Assembly: GCA_041690135.1 (NCBI GenBank)
Contig: JAWLHY010000017.1
Location: 16,544 to 80,543, forward strand
DNA from: Armatimonadota bacterium
GTDB lineage: Bacteria > Armatimonadota > SYMT01
Length of the DNA: 64,000 nucleotides
Reading direction: 5' to 3'
This document shows positions 20,767-30,718 of the stretch, one piece after another. A program made the translations under genes and the position numbers. The stretch's first letter is position 1, and every line of letters starts with the position of its first letter. The notes under the pieces are model-generated. The model was not told where the DNA came from. It saw nothing but the letters and a program-made list of their open reading frames with translations, and searched no databases.

Positions 20767-21663
20767 ATGGAGGCCGCTACGCTTCGGCGCGTGTGGTGGG
20801 TTTCCGGCGCCATCGAGGGAATGCTCGAATGGACGCTCGACCACGCGGGTTGGGGGCGCGTCTTCGGCACCGAGCAAGCCAGGTTCAATGGCGAAACGGC
20901 CTGGAAGGATCTCGCATTCGGTCACGGCCTTGTTTCCTGGTTGGACTTTACGCTGGAGACGCCAGACGGTCCGTTGCCGGTGCGGATCGAGCGGTATTTA
21001 CGGAGCCGTCAAGTGGTGGCCTTGCGCGTTTCCGTGGAGGGCATACCGGTCTATGTGGAAGGGGACCGGGCCTTCCTCTCACCGGACCCTCCGGGTCTCC
21101 CCATCCCGGCCGGCCCCCCGACCGTGTCAGCGGCCGAGTTGCCGGTGCCCACCGACGGTGTATTGGACGCACCCTCCAGCCGCGACTTGCGTCCGCCGTC
21201 CCCTTCACTTGCCGACAAGCTGCGTCTGGTTGGTGCATTGGGGGCGCTGGTGCTCGCTGCCGCACCATTCGTGGGGTTCTATATGGATTGCCAACGAGCC
21301 TATGGCGACACCGAGTTGGTTCGCATGGCGGCTATGGGAAATGTTGCCGAGGTGCGAGCTCGCCTGGAGCGGGGATCTCCAGCCAACGCTTGCCACCTCG
21401 AAGGAAGCTCCGCATTCTGGTGGGCGGTGAACGGCGGGAGTCTGGAGACGGTATTGCTTCTTCTCGAGCACGGTGCAGACGTGAACTCTCGCGGCCAGTT
21501 CAACACCGTGATCGAAGAGGCACTGGTCAACATCGATCACAAAGATGGGAGGCCGGGAAAGGCCATCGCAATGGCACTCCTCGACCGCGCGTCCCAAATC
21601 CGGGATCCGAAGCAGCTGGCCATCTTGAGGGAAGCCGTCACCGGCGTGTACTTTTGCCAGTGA
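20767..21663 (+). CDS. Hypothetical protein with central TM segment and C-terminal ankyrin-like repeats
   Basis: TM LRLVGALGALVLAAAPFVGFYM. Ankyrin-like units MAAMGNVAEVRARLERGSPAN and GGSLETVLLLLEHGADVNSRG. The start is uncertain; the ORF is open from 20689. Confidence 0.45.
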   Translation: MEAATLRRVWWVSGAIEGMLEWTLDHAGWGRVFGTEQARFNGETAWKDLAFGHGLVSWLDFTLETPDGPLPVRIERYLRSRQVVALRVSVEGIPVYVEGDRAFLSPDPPGLPIPAGPPTVSAAELPVPTDGVLDAPSSRDLRPPSPSLADKLRLVGALGALVLAAAPFVGFYMDCQRAYGDTELVRMAAMGNVAEVRARLERGSPANACHLEGSSAFWWAVNGGSLETVLLLLEHGADVNSRGQFNTVIEEALVNIDHKDGRPGKAIAMALLDRASQIRDPKQLAILREAVTGVYFCQ

Positions 21664-21903
21664 CCGTCTGCACAACGAACCTCTGTACGAAACCAAAAGC
21701 GAGTCCGGCACCAGGGAGCAGTTCCCGGCGTGCATCATGGACTGCTGCCCCATCGCTTGGGCCGAGGCGCTTCATGGTTGGTCGACGGGTGCGTCGCCGC
21801 GATTTGGGGAAGGCACTGCGACCATTCCCCTACATCCTTCCCGCTGCCCGATGCCGGGTGGACGGGCGCGAGCCAAATCGGTCACCTGATTCCGCGGTGC
21901 TGG

Positions 21904-22422
21904 CTAACGCGAAATGCTGATTTGCCCGTACATCAGGCCGCATACGAAAAAGGCGGTGTTGGAGATGACGAACTGAAGTGCTAGGGAAACCAGCGCGGCG
22001 AAGAGCCCGGGCACCAGGAGCTTGCCTCGCGGCATGCGGGTCATGCGGAACTCGCGCCACCGGGCGTGCTGGCTTGCGGCGATGGCGGCGACGAGGACCA
22101 CGGAGGCGATCTTGCCCGCCAAGAATAGCGCGCGGTGAGCGCCGGCGTCCTGCGGATCAATCAGGCCGCTGGCGCTCACCCAGTGGATCCCGAAAGCCAG
22201 AACCACCGCGGCGAAGAGCACTCCCAGCAGCGTCCAGCCGGTGCGGCCGCGCAGCCCGAGGTAGCGATAGTTGAAGGCCAGCAGCCCGCCTCCACCGAGG
22301 ACGCCGAAGAGCAGAGTGAAGGCGACGAGGGTCCAGGGGTTCCAGGGCCGGTCGAAGGAAGGGACATCCGCCGGCGCGGAGCGGGCCGGGGTTAACAGTG
22401 ATTCGTCGGCGGAGAGGCTCAT
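21904..22422 (-). CDS. Small integral membrane protein (4 predicted TM helices), hypothetical
   Basis: 172 aa with four hydrophobic helices. It lies immediately downstream (4-nt gap) of the DUF1501 gene on the same strand. Confidence 0.5.
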   Translation of the reverse strand: MSLSADESLLTPARSAPADVPSFDRPWNPWTLVAFTLLFGVLGGGGLLAFNYRYLGLRGRTGWTLLGVLFAAVVLAFGIHWVSASGLIDPQDAGAHRALFLAGKIASVVLVAAIAASQHARWREFRMTRMPRGKLLVPGLFAALVSLALQFVISNTAFFVCGLMYGQISISR

Positions 22423-22425
22423 GGT

Positions 22426-23922
22426 CTATGCGATGATTTCCTGGATGGGGTGGCCGTGGTCCATCTCCAGCCGCTTGCGCCCGGGGATTTCCAACCGGCG
22501 CGAATCGAGTCCCAGTTGGTGCAGCACGGTGGCATGGATATCCGTAACGTAGTGTCGGTTCTCCACCGCGTGGAAGCCCAACTCATCGGTCGCCCCGTGT
22601 GTGATGCCGCCTTTGACGCCGCCGCCCGCCAGCCAGGCACAGAAGCCCTGAGGGTGATGGTCGCGACCGGTGCCTTCGGCTCCTGGTGTGCGGCCGAACT
22701 CGGTGCCCCACACCACCAGGGTGTCCTTCAGCATACCCCGGCGTTTGAGGTCCTTCAAGAGCCCGGCGATGGGAAGGTCCACCTGTTCCGCCAGCCGCGT
22801 GTGGTTGGCCTTGATGCCGGAGTGCGCGTCCCACGCGCCGCCGCCTCCGCCGCCGTGGAATAGCTGGACGAAGCGCACGCCCCGCTCAACCAGCCGCCGC
22901 GCCACCAGGCACTGCTCCCCGAAGCTGCGAGTGGTGGGGTTCTCCAGGCCGTAAAGCTGTTTCGTCTCTTTTGACTCGCGATCCAGGTCCACGGTCTCGG
23001 GCACCGCCCGCTGCATCATGAACGCCAACTCGTACGCCTTGATGCGGGCGCGCAGTTGAGCATCGTCCGGGTAGTCGATCCCCGAAAGGCGGTTGAGACG
23101 CCCCAGCAGACTGAACGCCTCCGCCTGCTCGTCCTCGGCCACGCTGTTGGCATGGGGACTGATGAAGGGGAGCGGGTTCTTGGGGTCGGTATTCAGCCGG
23201 ACCCCTGCGTATTCGGGGCCGAGGTAGCCGGAGCCGAAGGTCCACGTCCCCCCGCAGCAGTCACCGGTCGGCTGACCCAGCACCACGTATTCCGGCAGGT
23301 TCTCATTTAGGGTTCCCAGCCCGTAACTCACCCACGACCCCAGGGTGGGCACCCCGCCCTCACGGGGATGGCGGCCGGTCTGCCAGGTGAGCTGCGCGCC
23401 ATGGTCATTGTGGATGGTCCAGAGCGAGCGCACCACCGCCAAGTCATCCGCGCATTCCCCTACGTGGCGGAACCAGTCGCCGACCACCAGGCCGCATTGT
23501 CCATAGGGCTTGTAGCCGGTTTGCAACGGCATGAGAGTCTTGCGGTCGCCGTGCCGTGGGTTCGCGCCGATCAGGATACCATCCACTCGCTTCGGGTCCA
23601 GCACGTCCTTATAGGGCGTCTCCTCGATCGACTTGCCCGCGTACTTGTTGAGCTCCGGCTTGACGTCGAACGACTCCAGGTGGCTCACCCCGCCGCACAG
23701 GAAGATCCAGATAACGGACTTTGCCCGTGGAGTGGAGTGGGGCGAGGGACCCTTTGCGAAGGGTGAAGTGCGAGGTGCGAGGGACGAAGTGTCGGTACCT
23801 GCATCCGCGCGCGCGACCCCATCACGGAATAGCATGGAACCGAGCACCAGGCCCGTGAAGCCCATGCCCGTATCGGCCAGGAAAGAGCGTCGTGTCACGC
23901 CCGGACAACGCAATTCCGCCAT
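22426..23922 (-). CDS. DUF1501 domain protein, Tat-secreted
   Basis: Tat motif RRSFLADTGMGFTGLVLG right after MAELR (the ORF is open to 23976; start chosen at 23922). DUF1501 block IWIFLCGGVSHLESFDVKPE and a C-terminal GRDHH. Confidence 0.85.
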   Translation of the reverse strand: MAELRCPGVTRRSFLADTGMGFTGLVLGSMLFRDGVARADAGTDTSSLAPRTSPFAKGPSPHSTPRAKSVIWIFLCGGVSHLESFDVKPELNKYAGKSIEETPYKDVLDPKRVDGILIGANPRHGDRKTLMPLQTGYKPYGQCGLVVGDWFRHVGECADDLAVVRSLWTIHNDHGAQLTWQTGRHPREGGVPTLGSWVSYGLGTLNENLPEYVVLGQPTGDCCGGTWTFGSGYLGPEYAGVRLNTDPKNPLPFISPHANSVAEDEQAEAFSLLGRLNRLSGIDYPDDAQLRARIKAYELAFMMQRAVPETVDLDRESKETKQLYGLENPTTRSFGEQCLVARRLVERGVRFVQLFHGGGGGGAWDAHSGIKANHTRLAEQVDLPIAGLLKDLKRRGMLKDTLVVWGTEFGRTPGAEGTGRDHHPQGFCAWLAGGGVKGGITHGATDELGFHAVENRHYVTDIHATVLHQLGLDSRRLEIPGRKRLEMDHGHPIQEIIA

Positions 23923-23953
23923 GTCGTGCACCTCTCCTACGTCGCTGTCCTGT

Positions 23954-26782
23954 CTAGCGGATAGTGATGAAGTCATTATGGTTCAGAAGCACCAGTACAA
24001 GCATCTCCCGGGCTCGCTGCGCCGGGTCGGCGGAAGGCTTGCTGCCGTCCGCTGGCGCGGTGGCCGCGGTGGTGACGGTTTTTCCCGCTCCGGAGCGGCG
24101 CGCGGTGAGGTACTGGAGGCACTCCGAACGCTCGGCGGGGGAGGGGAGCCGAGAGAGGATCCGCTCGAAAGCCGTATGGATGAACCGTTGTTGATCGGCG
24201 CCTATCTGCTTTGTCAGGTCGCGGGCAAGAAGGCGAGATTGCACCAGCGCCAGCTCGCTGTTGGCCAGTGCCAGCGCCTGTTGGGGGACGATGGTCTCCT
24301 TCCGCATGTAGCACTCCAGTGGGTTTGGTCCGTCGAAGGTGCTAAGGAAGACCATCTCCTTTTCGGGAGCGTGGCGGAAGTAGAGACTTCGTCGCTTGAC
24401 GGAAAGCCCCTGGTGTTGATCGATCTCCGGACCGCCCATCATCCGATCGAGTTGGCCCGCCACGTGAAGCACGTTATCCCGGACGATCTCCGCGTCCATT
24501 CGGAGGGAGTTCATTCGCCACAGGTACCGGTTATCCGGATCTTTCGCGAGGTTTGCGGTCTCCGGCGTCGAGGCCATCCGGTAGGTGTTGCTGGTGACGA
24601 TCAGGCGGTGGAGGCGCTTCATGCTCCAGCCGAGGCCGCCGGTAGGAAAGTGGCCGGAAGTATTGACAATTGACAATTGCAAATTGGAAATTGCAAATTG
24701 TTCTCGCTCCCCAGCCCTCTGCCCCCTGCCCCCTTGAGAGGGGGGGATCGTAGCTGGCGTGGAGAACAAGGACGCCAAATAGTCCAACAACTCTGGGTGC
24801 GTGGGCGGGAGGCTGGCGCGGCCGAGGTCGGCGGGGTTGGGGGCCAGGCCTTTGCCGAAGTGGCGCAGCCAGATGTGATTGACGGCCGCGCGGGCGGTGA
24901 GGGGGTTCTGCGGGTTCACCAGCCACCGGGCAAAGGCGAGGCGGCGGCCTGTGCTCGTGGCGGGAAAGTTGGAGGTCACCCGGGGCTTGAAGGCCGTGGT
25001 GCCGGGGTCCTTCAGTTGTTTTTCGGCTGCCACCAGCGCCTTTTCCGCGACAGCGAGCGCGTCTTTCGCTTTCTTGAGCGCGTCCGGTTTCGCGGGCGGA
25101 TTGGCCTTCTCCAGCTTGGCGAGGGCTTCCGTCGCCACCGCTTTGTTCAGGGCTGCTTCGGCGTGAGCCTGGCGCCGCTGTTGGACGACGGCGTCCTGCG
25201 CGGCTTGCTGCCACTCTTCGCTCACCCGCTGCCCCGCATCCTCCAGCGACTCCACCCGCAATACCGCATCGAGGGCGGCCTGGGCGGCTTCGGCGGCTTC
25301 CAGGCGCAGCCGGGCCATGGCGACCTTCTCCGGTGGTCCGCCATCTTCCACTTCCTTCAGCGCGGCCAGGACCCGTTCCGTGGAAGCGGCGCGGAGATCC
25401 CGGATCACGTGCGGCTGCTTCTCGGGTACGTGGGCCCAGAGGGGAAGCTCGACCGGCTCAACCTGCAGGCGGTCGCCCAGCGCTTCCGGCACTCCCGGCT
25501 GCAGGGGCGTGTCCTTCAATGGCTGGCGTTCGTCCCCCCGCACGTACAAGTAGGTGGGGGCGTCCAGCTTGGCATCGTAGGCGCGTGGCAGGCCGTCCTT
25601 CTTCGTGTCCGTCTCTCCGGGGACCCAGTCGGTGCGGACCTGGTGCGGCTCGAAGATAGCGCGGAGCTGGTAGTACTCCTTTTGCGAGAGAGGATCGTAC
25701 ATGTGGTCGTGGCACCGAGCGCACCCCACCGTCAAGCCGAGGAACGCTTGCCCCGTGTGGTCCACCACGTCCTGCATCCACTTTTCCCGGCTCAGCAGCT
25801 TGTAATTGCGCACCAGGTAGCCGGTGCCCCGCAGGGCGTCCGCATCGGTCGGGTAGGCTTCGTCGGCGGCCAGCATCTCCACGACCATCCGGTCGTAGCC
25901 CTTGTCCCGGTTCAACGACTCGACGATCCAGTCGCGCCAGCGCCAGATGTGCGGCAGGCTGTCCCGAACCTGTTCTCCATAGCCGGTCCAGTCGCTGTAA
26001 CGCCACACGTCCATCCAGTGCCGTCCCCAGCGCTCGCCGTATGCGGGGGAGGCCAGAAGGCGGTCCACGACCTTCTCATACGCGCTCGGTGAGGAGTCGG
26101 CCAGGAAAGCGCGCTGTTCTTCGGGCGTGGGTGAAAGGCCGATCAGGTCCAGGTAGACCCGGCGCAGGAGTACGGCCTTGGGGGCTGGCGGACGCGGCTT
26201 CAGCCCCCGGCGCTCGTGCTCCGCGGCCACAAAGGCGTCGATTGGGCTGCGCACCCAGGAAGCGTTCTTGACCTTGGGGACTGCCGGTCGCCGGACGGGC
26301 TGGAAGGGCCGCCAGCGATAGGTGCTCGCATAGGCGGCGAACCGCGTCATGGTCTTGCCGTACCCGGCCAGTTCCTTGGGGCTCGGGCGGTCGGTCGGAT
26401 CGCCAGGGCGGTGGCCGGTGAGGATCTCGGTCCGGTTCGGGACCCCGTCGCCGTCGCTGTCTTGTCCACCCACCGCGCGCAGCCGGGTGCTGAAGTCGGT
26501 CGCCTTGCCCGCCTGACGCAGTTCCTCCAGCACGGCGGCGAGCCGCTTGCCGAACGGGTTGTGGGGGAGATCGGCGAGGGACTCGGGAGCCTTGCCGGTG
26601 GTCGAGGGAAGATGGCAGGTTCCGCACTGGTTAAGGCGGCCCGCCAGAAAGGTCCCGTAGTGCTCGCCCAGCGACTTCAGATGCATCGGCTTGGCGTCGG
26701 CCCGTTCGGCGGGTGCCAGCGTCAGGAGGGCACCCGCGGCAACCAGGGCAAGATGCAGGGATGGACGGAACTTTGTGACCAT
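23954..26782 (-). CDS. PSCyt1 + DUF1549 + DUF1553 domain protein (planctomycete cytochrome-C-like), secreted
   Basis: Signal peptide, then a CGTCH heme-binding-like motif (PSCyt1), CARCHDHMYDP (DUF1549) and a long DUF1553-type C-terminus. 942 aa. It contains the in-frame heptamer repeat at 24662..24700. Confidence 0.85.
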   Translation of the reverse strand: MVTKFRPSLHLALVAAGALLTLAPAERADAKPMHLKSLGEHYGTFLAGRLNQCGTCHLPSTTGKAPESLADLPHNPFGKRLAAVLEELRQAGKATDFSTRLRAVGGQDSDGDGVPNRTEILTGHRPGDPTDRPSPKELAGYGKTMTRFAAYASTYRWRPFQPVRRPAVPKVKNASWVRSPIDAFVAAEHERRGLKPRPPAPKAVLLRRVYLDLIGLSPTPEEQRAFLADSSPSAYEKVVDRLLASPAYGERWGRHWMDVWRYSDWTGYGEQVRDSLPHIWRWRDWIVESLNRDKGYDRMVVEMLAADEAYPTDADALRGTGYLVRNYKLLSREKWMQDVVDHTGQAFLGLTVGCARCHDHMYDPLSQKEYYQLRAIFEPHQVRTDWVPGETDTKKDGLPRAYDAKLDAPTYLYVRGDERQPLKDTPLQPGVPEALGDRLQVEPVELPLWAHVPEKQPHVIRDLRAASTERVLAALKEVEDGGPPEKVAMARLRLEAAEAAQAALDAVLRVESLEDAGQRVSEEWQQAAQDAVVQQRRQAHAEAALNKAVATEALAKLEKANPPAKPDALKKAKDALAVAEKALVAAEKQLKDPGTTAFKPRVTSNFPATSTGRRLAFARWLVNPQNPLTARAAVNHIWLRHFGKGLAPNPADLGRASLPPTHPELLDYLASLFSTPATIPPSQGGRGQRAGEREQFAISNLQLSIVNTSGHFPTGGLGWSMKRLHRLIVTSNTYRMASTPETANLAKDPDNRYLWRMNSLRMDAEIVRDNVLHVAGQLDRMMGGPEIDQHQGLSVKRRSLYFRHAPEKEMVFLSTFDGPNPLECYMRKETIVPQQALALANSELALVQSRLLARDLTKQIGADQQRFIHTAFERILSRLPSPAERSECLQYLTARRSGAGKTVTTAATAPADGSKPSADPAQRAREMLVLVLLNHNDFITIR
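24662..24700. repeat. AT-rich heptanucleotide tandem repeat (ATTGNNA x5.6) embedded in-frame in the DUF1553 gene
   Basis: attgaca attgaca attgcaa attggaa attgcaa attg. That is 39 nt, a multiple of 3, and it encodes FAISNLQLSIVN on the minus strand. It is a ~25% GC stretch inside a ~68% GC gene. Confidence 0.7.
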
Positions 26783-26918
26783 GAACTCTCCGCGGTAGCT
26801 ATTGGATCCAGACAGTTGTGAGGTCCGAGGTTCAGGGATGTTGCGCCAAAGGACAGCGGCAACCGCGGCAGGTGCGCAGAGATCGGTGGGACCGCATCAC
26901 AGCGGAGCGGACCCACTC

Positions 26919-28379
26919 TCAGTTGCGTCGTACGAGCAGGGAGAGCCAGCCGGGAAGGTCCTGTTCTTCTGCGGGCGCGGCGGGGAGTGGGAGCGCCTTG
27001 GGGTCCATTGTCGCGGGTCCGGACGGCCGGGGCAAGTTCATGCTGTCCGGAGTAGGAGCGCTTGCCGGAATTGGAACGTTCCACAGCCCGGCGGAAGCCT
27101 CTTCCAGAAAGCGGAGGGCCTCCGTCATTTCCCGCCGCAACTCCGGATCGCGTTCGCGCCGGATAGCCTGCTCGAGGTCGCCGACAAGGGTGCCGACAGC
27201 GGGATGAGGAGACGTTTCGGCGATTCTGGACGCTGTGCGCACTGTCGCGAGACGGGTTTCCGAGTTCCTGCTGCGAAGTGCGCTTGCGAGAACTGGAAGT
27301 GCCGCAATGCCTGCTGCCGCGAGTGTGAATGCTGTTTCCTCGCGCAGTTCTCTCCTCTCCATCGCCCGTGCGATCGCCGCCGCGACTCGCTGGTTGGTAA
27401 GGAAAGCTGCGAGAATCCGAACGGCGAGATGGGCGACTTCGGGTTCGTCGTCCAGGGCTCGGACGAGAGCTGTGAGGGCGGGTTCGGCTTTTCGACCCAT
27501 CTCCAGTAGGGCTCCGGCCGCATTCCGCCGTACCACCGAATCGGAATCCGAGAGGGCTTTTGCGAGAGCACGAACGGCGGACGCCGCTTCCGGCCCGATC
27601 CTTCCCAGTGCGTGGGCTGCTGCCCTCCGCAGTTCCGTGTCACGGTCCCGAAGCGCGCGCGCCAGAAGCGGCGCTGCCGGTGCGGCCGCGGGGCCGATTC
27701 CTCCCAGAGCGAAGACTGCCTCGCGCTGCATCCGTGGGTCCGGGTCGCGCACCGCTCGGCGCAGGGCGTCTACTGAGGAACTGGCGGCGGGACCGATCAT
27801 GCCCAGGGCGCGCGCTGCTTCTCGTCGTACGTTCTCGTCGGGATCCGCGAGTAGGCTTGCAAGTTGCGGAGCGGCCGGAGCAGCTACGGGGCCGATGCCT
27901 GCCAGAGCCTTGGCCGCACTTTCTCGCAGGCGTTCAGCCGGACTGGTGAGCGCCAGGATGAGAGCCGGAATGGCTGGCGCCGCTTCCGGTCCGATGCCGC
28001 CAAGCGCTTCCGCGGCAGTCGCGGCCATTCGCCATTGAGCGTCATCCAGCACGCCGGCAAGTGCTCCTACCGCCGGCGCGGCCGCTGGCCCCAGTTGCAA
28101 CAGCGCTTCGGCGGTTGACCAGCGCACCTGGAGGTCGGGATCGCTGAGACTTCGCGCCAGCGCGTGGACCGCGGGTGCAGCCGCTGGGCCGAGATGGCGT
28201 AGGGCCATGGCGGCGGCACAGCGCACGCTGGCGTGGGGATGCGAGAGTGCGCCGGCGAGCGCCTGAGCCGCCGGCGCTGCATCGCTTCCCATTCGGCCGA
28301 GGGCCTGCGCAGCCTGGGTGCGTTCATCCGGATTTCCGGTTTGTAGACGGTGAACGTGATCGGCGAGGGTGAGTCTCAA
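26919..28379 (-). CDS. HEAT-repeat (PBS-lyase HEAT-like) protein
   Basis: At least 12 tandem ~31-aa repeats of the form DxDxxVRxxAAxALGxIGPxAAPAV. Confidence 0.75.
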   Translation of the reverse strand: MRLTLADHVHRLQTGNPDERTQAAQALGRMGSDAAPAAQALAGALSHPHASVRCAAAMALRHLGPAAAPAVHALARSLSDPDLQVRWSTAEALLQLGPAAAPAVGALAGVLDDAQWRMAATAAEALGGIGPEAAPAIPALILALTSPAERLRESAAKALAGIGPVAAPAAPQLASLLADPDENVRREAARALGMIGPAASSSVDALRRAVRDPDPRMQREAVFALGGIGPAAAPAAPLLARALRDRDTELRRAAAHALGRIGPEAASAVRALAKALSDSDSVVRRNAAGALLEMGRKAEPALTALVRALDDEPEVAHLAVRILAAFLTNQRVAAAIARAMERRELREETAFTLAAAGIAALPVLASALRSRNSETRLATVRTASRIAETSPHPAVGTLVGDLEQAIRRERDPELRREMTEALRFLEEASAGLWNVPIPASAPTPDSMNLPRPSGPATMDPKALPLPAAPAEEQDLPGWLSLLVRRN

Positions 28380-28470
28380 CTCGCGGTCTCAGTGAATGGA
28401 AGTGCCGCGCGCACTTCCCAGGGAACCGGGCTCGTCTCTTGCGCGCGAGAATGCTCTTCTATACCCACGA

Positions 28471-29023
28471 CTAAGACCGTGCGCCAGCGGATTTCAGCAG
28501 TTTTTCCATGGCGCTATCACGGTTCGTGCGCGCAATCGCCAGCGGCGTCTTGCCTTCGGGACCGCTCACGTTCGGGTTCGCTTTCCGTTGCAGCAGCATC
28601 CGCGCGACGGAATGGTCCCCTTGTTCCACGGCGATGAGGAGCGGCGTATATCCCTCTTCGTCTCGGGCGTCCGCCGGCGCGCCGCTCCGGAGCAAGAGGC
28701 GGACCAATTCCGGGTCCCCCTCGGCCGAGTAGGCGGCTCCGTGGAGTGGGGTCCACCCTCCTTTCGCGCGTGCGTCAACGCCCACCCGGCACCAATGGTT
28801 CGAACTCCGGCGCCGGGAGGAGGGCCGCAAGCATCAACGGGGTGAGCCCGTCACGGCCCGGAGCCTGGAGATCTGCGCCTTTCTCCACCAGCAGCAAGAT
28901 CAATTCGGGACTCACGTACTCGTTCAGCCCCATCCCGGCTATGGCGAGGTGGAGCGGGCTCATTCCACTTCGTGGTCGCACCCGCACGTCCGCGCCCTTC
29001 TGAACGAGCAGCGTCCGACCCAT
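28471..29023 (-). pseudogene. Ankyrin-repeat protein split by an apparent frameshift (ORFs 28775..29023 and 28471..28830)
   Basis: Both ORFs encode ankyrin repeats (GMSPLHLAIAGMG..., GLTPLMLAAL..., GWTPLHGAAYSAEG..., GYTPLLIAVEQGDHSVARMLLQRKANPN). They overlap by 56 nt in different frames. Confidence 0.45.
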
Positions 29024-29089
29024 GAGTGTTACCCTCCCACTGCTTTCGAGGGCTGTGGGTCGGAAACGTTGCGCGTTATTGAATGAGTT

Positions 29090-30718
29090 TCAGTCGAGGA
29101 AACGGTTGAGCACGTTGGCGGTGATGCGGGAGACGTTCTCGTCCACCCAAATCGTGGCGGTGTACGTGATTGAGCCGACGGAGAAAGCGGCCCCGCCACT
29201 CGCGGTTTCGTGATAGACGATCTCGGCGCCGCCTTCGTCCCGGTTGATCCCCTTGGCCAGGCGCACCGTTCCCGGGGGGCTGCTGGGGCTCATCTTGTCG
29301 GTCTCGTGACCGGAGGCGCCGCCGCTGATCCGCTCCTGGAGGGAGGCTTCCCCGAAGAGGTCCCCGTTCCGAAGCCCGGTGCCTTCAAAGATCCAGTGGG
29401 AGGCATCTTCCACCCGGTAGGGGGCGGCGGTCATGATACCGGTCTCGGTGCAGACCACTCCGAGCAGGCAGGCCTCGGATTCCACCCGGCGGGCGAACCG
29501 GCTTTCATACTGGATGCTGGGATCTTCCGGGTCCATCGGGCCGAGCGCTCCGCCTTTACTGAGGAGTTGGGTGTTGCAGCGCATCTTCAGGTCGTCGCCA
29601 TCCTCGTACAACTCGACCTCGCAATTGATTCCGTTGCCGCCCAGGTACATCAGCTTGCCGCCGCGGTTGAAGACCCAGTCCTTCACCTGCTCGTACATTT
29701 TCCGGGTCCAGTACTCGGGGTGGACCTGGATGATGAGCACCTGGTAGGCGTCGAGATCGATCTCCCCGAAGTGGAGGTGGGCCTCCGAGTAGAGGTCGTA
29801 GGCATAGCCTTCCCGCTCCATCCACCCCAGCAGGCGCCACTCCGCGGGGGCGAGGTGGCACTCCTGACGGCCCCGGATCGGATCGGTGATCCGGGCGTTC
29901 GGCGGCACCTGGTTGTTCGGCTCCGGCCGCTCGAAGGAGATAGGTTGATACGCCGCATCCCGCTCGCGCCATTCGCCGAAGGAGCCGCCCCGGTAGCGGG
30001 CGAGATCCTGGCGACCGTTCACCGTGGGCTGCGGTGGGAGATAGGGACCGTTGATGTAGTTGCTCCGGCCGCCGAAGTTATTGTAGGCGTTCCAGTTGTT
30101 GGTGGAGGCGAGGACGGCGATCTTGGCCGAGGGCCGGGCGGGCGCGACGACCCAGGGGAAACTGAAGAACTCGCCGGTATCGGTTTCGGCGTGGAAGTAG
30201 TACAGGCCGGAACGCTCCGGGGCAATGGCCATCTGTGTGTGATGCGGACTGCCGTAGCCGACCTTGTTCCAACGCACGCCCGTCTGCGTGTAGTCGCCGT
30301 CCGGAGTGATCTGCATCGCTGCGAGGGGACCGTGCTCGTCGAACCAGCCGTAGAGTTTCACGAATTCCACGTCCTGGCCGTAGCGCCAGAGGCTGAGGCG
30401 GTAGGGCTCGACGGAATGGACCCGGAACTCGCCGCGCTCGCCCGTTCGGGCCCACTTGGGCCAGACGTAGCCCAGCAGCCGGTTGGCGAGGAGGCGGAAC
30501 TGGTAAGGTTCGCCGCTCCCGACCGTGAGATCCACGCTCTTCGGCCCGTAGCCTTCCTTGAAGAGGGTAACGCGGTAGTCGCCGGGTTCCAGGTCGGCGT
30601 ATACCCCGCCCCGAGGAGAGGAATGTACCACGGTCACCATCTCGCCGTCCCGCTGGAACTCCAGCGCCACGTCCGCCAGCGCCACATAGCGCTCATCGCT
30701 CACAAATCCTACCAGCAT
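29090..30718 (-). CDS. N,N-dimethylformamidase large(beta)-subunit-like family protein
   Basis: 543 aa from MLVGFVSDERY (the ORF is open to 30991). An N-terminal Ig/CarboxypepD_reg-like region precedes a catalytic-like core with IAVLASTNNWNAYNNFGG, which resembles the STNTWQAYN block of DMFase large-subunit homologues. The assignment is from recalled family motifs, not a search. Confidence 0.45.
   Translation of the reverse strand: MLVGFVSDERYVALADVALEFQRDGEMVTVVHSSPRGGVYADLEPGDYRVTLFKEGYGPKSVDLTVGSGEPYQFRLLANRLLGYVWPKWARTGERGEFRVHSVEPYRLSLWRYGQDVEFVKLYGWFDEHGPLAAMQITPDGDYTQTGVRWNKVGYGSPHHTQMAIAPERSGLYYFHAETDTGEFFSFPWVVAPARPSAKIAVLASTNNWNAYNNFGGRSNYINGPYLPPQPTVNGRQDLARYRGGSFGEWRERDAAYQPISFERPEPNNQVPPNARITDPIRGRQECHLAPAEWRLLGWMEREGYAYDLYSEAHLHFGEIDLDAYQVLIIQVHPEYWTRKMYEQVKDWVFNRGGKLMYLGGNGINCEVELYEDGDDLKMRCNTQLLSKGGALGPMDPEDPSIQYESRFARRVESEACLLGVVCTETGIMTAAPYRVEDASHWIFEGTGLRNGDLFGEASLQERISGGASGHETDKMSPSSPPGTVRLAKGINRDEGGAEIVYHETASGGAAFSVGSITYTATIWVDENVSRITANVLNRFLD

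Noticed and set aside
24677-26092. ORF 24677..26092 + (471 aa) and other + strand ORFs opposite the DUF1553 gene
   Set aside because: These are antisense to a CDS with CxxCHDH motifs and are GC-driven spurious frames.
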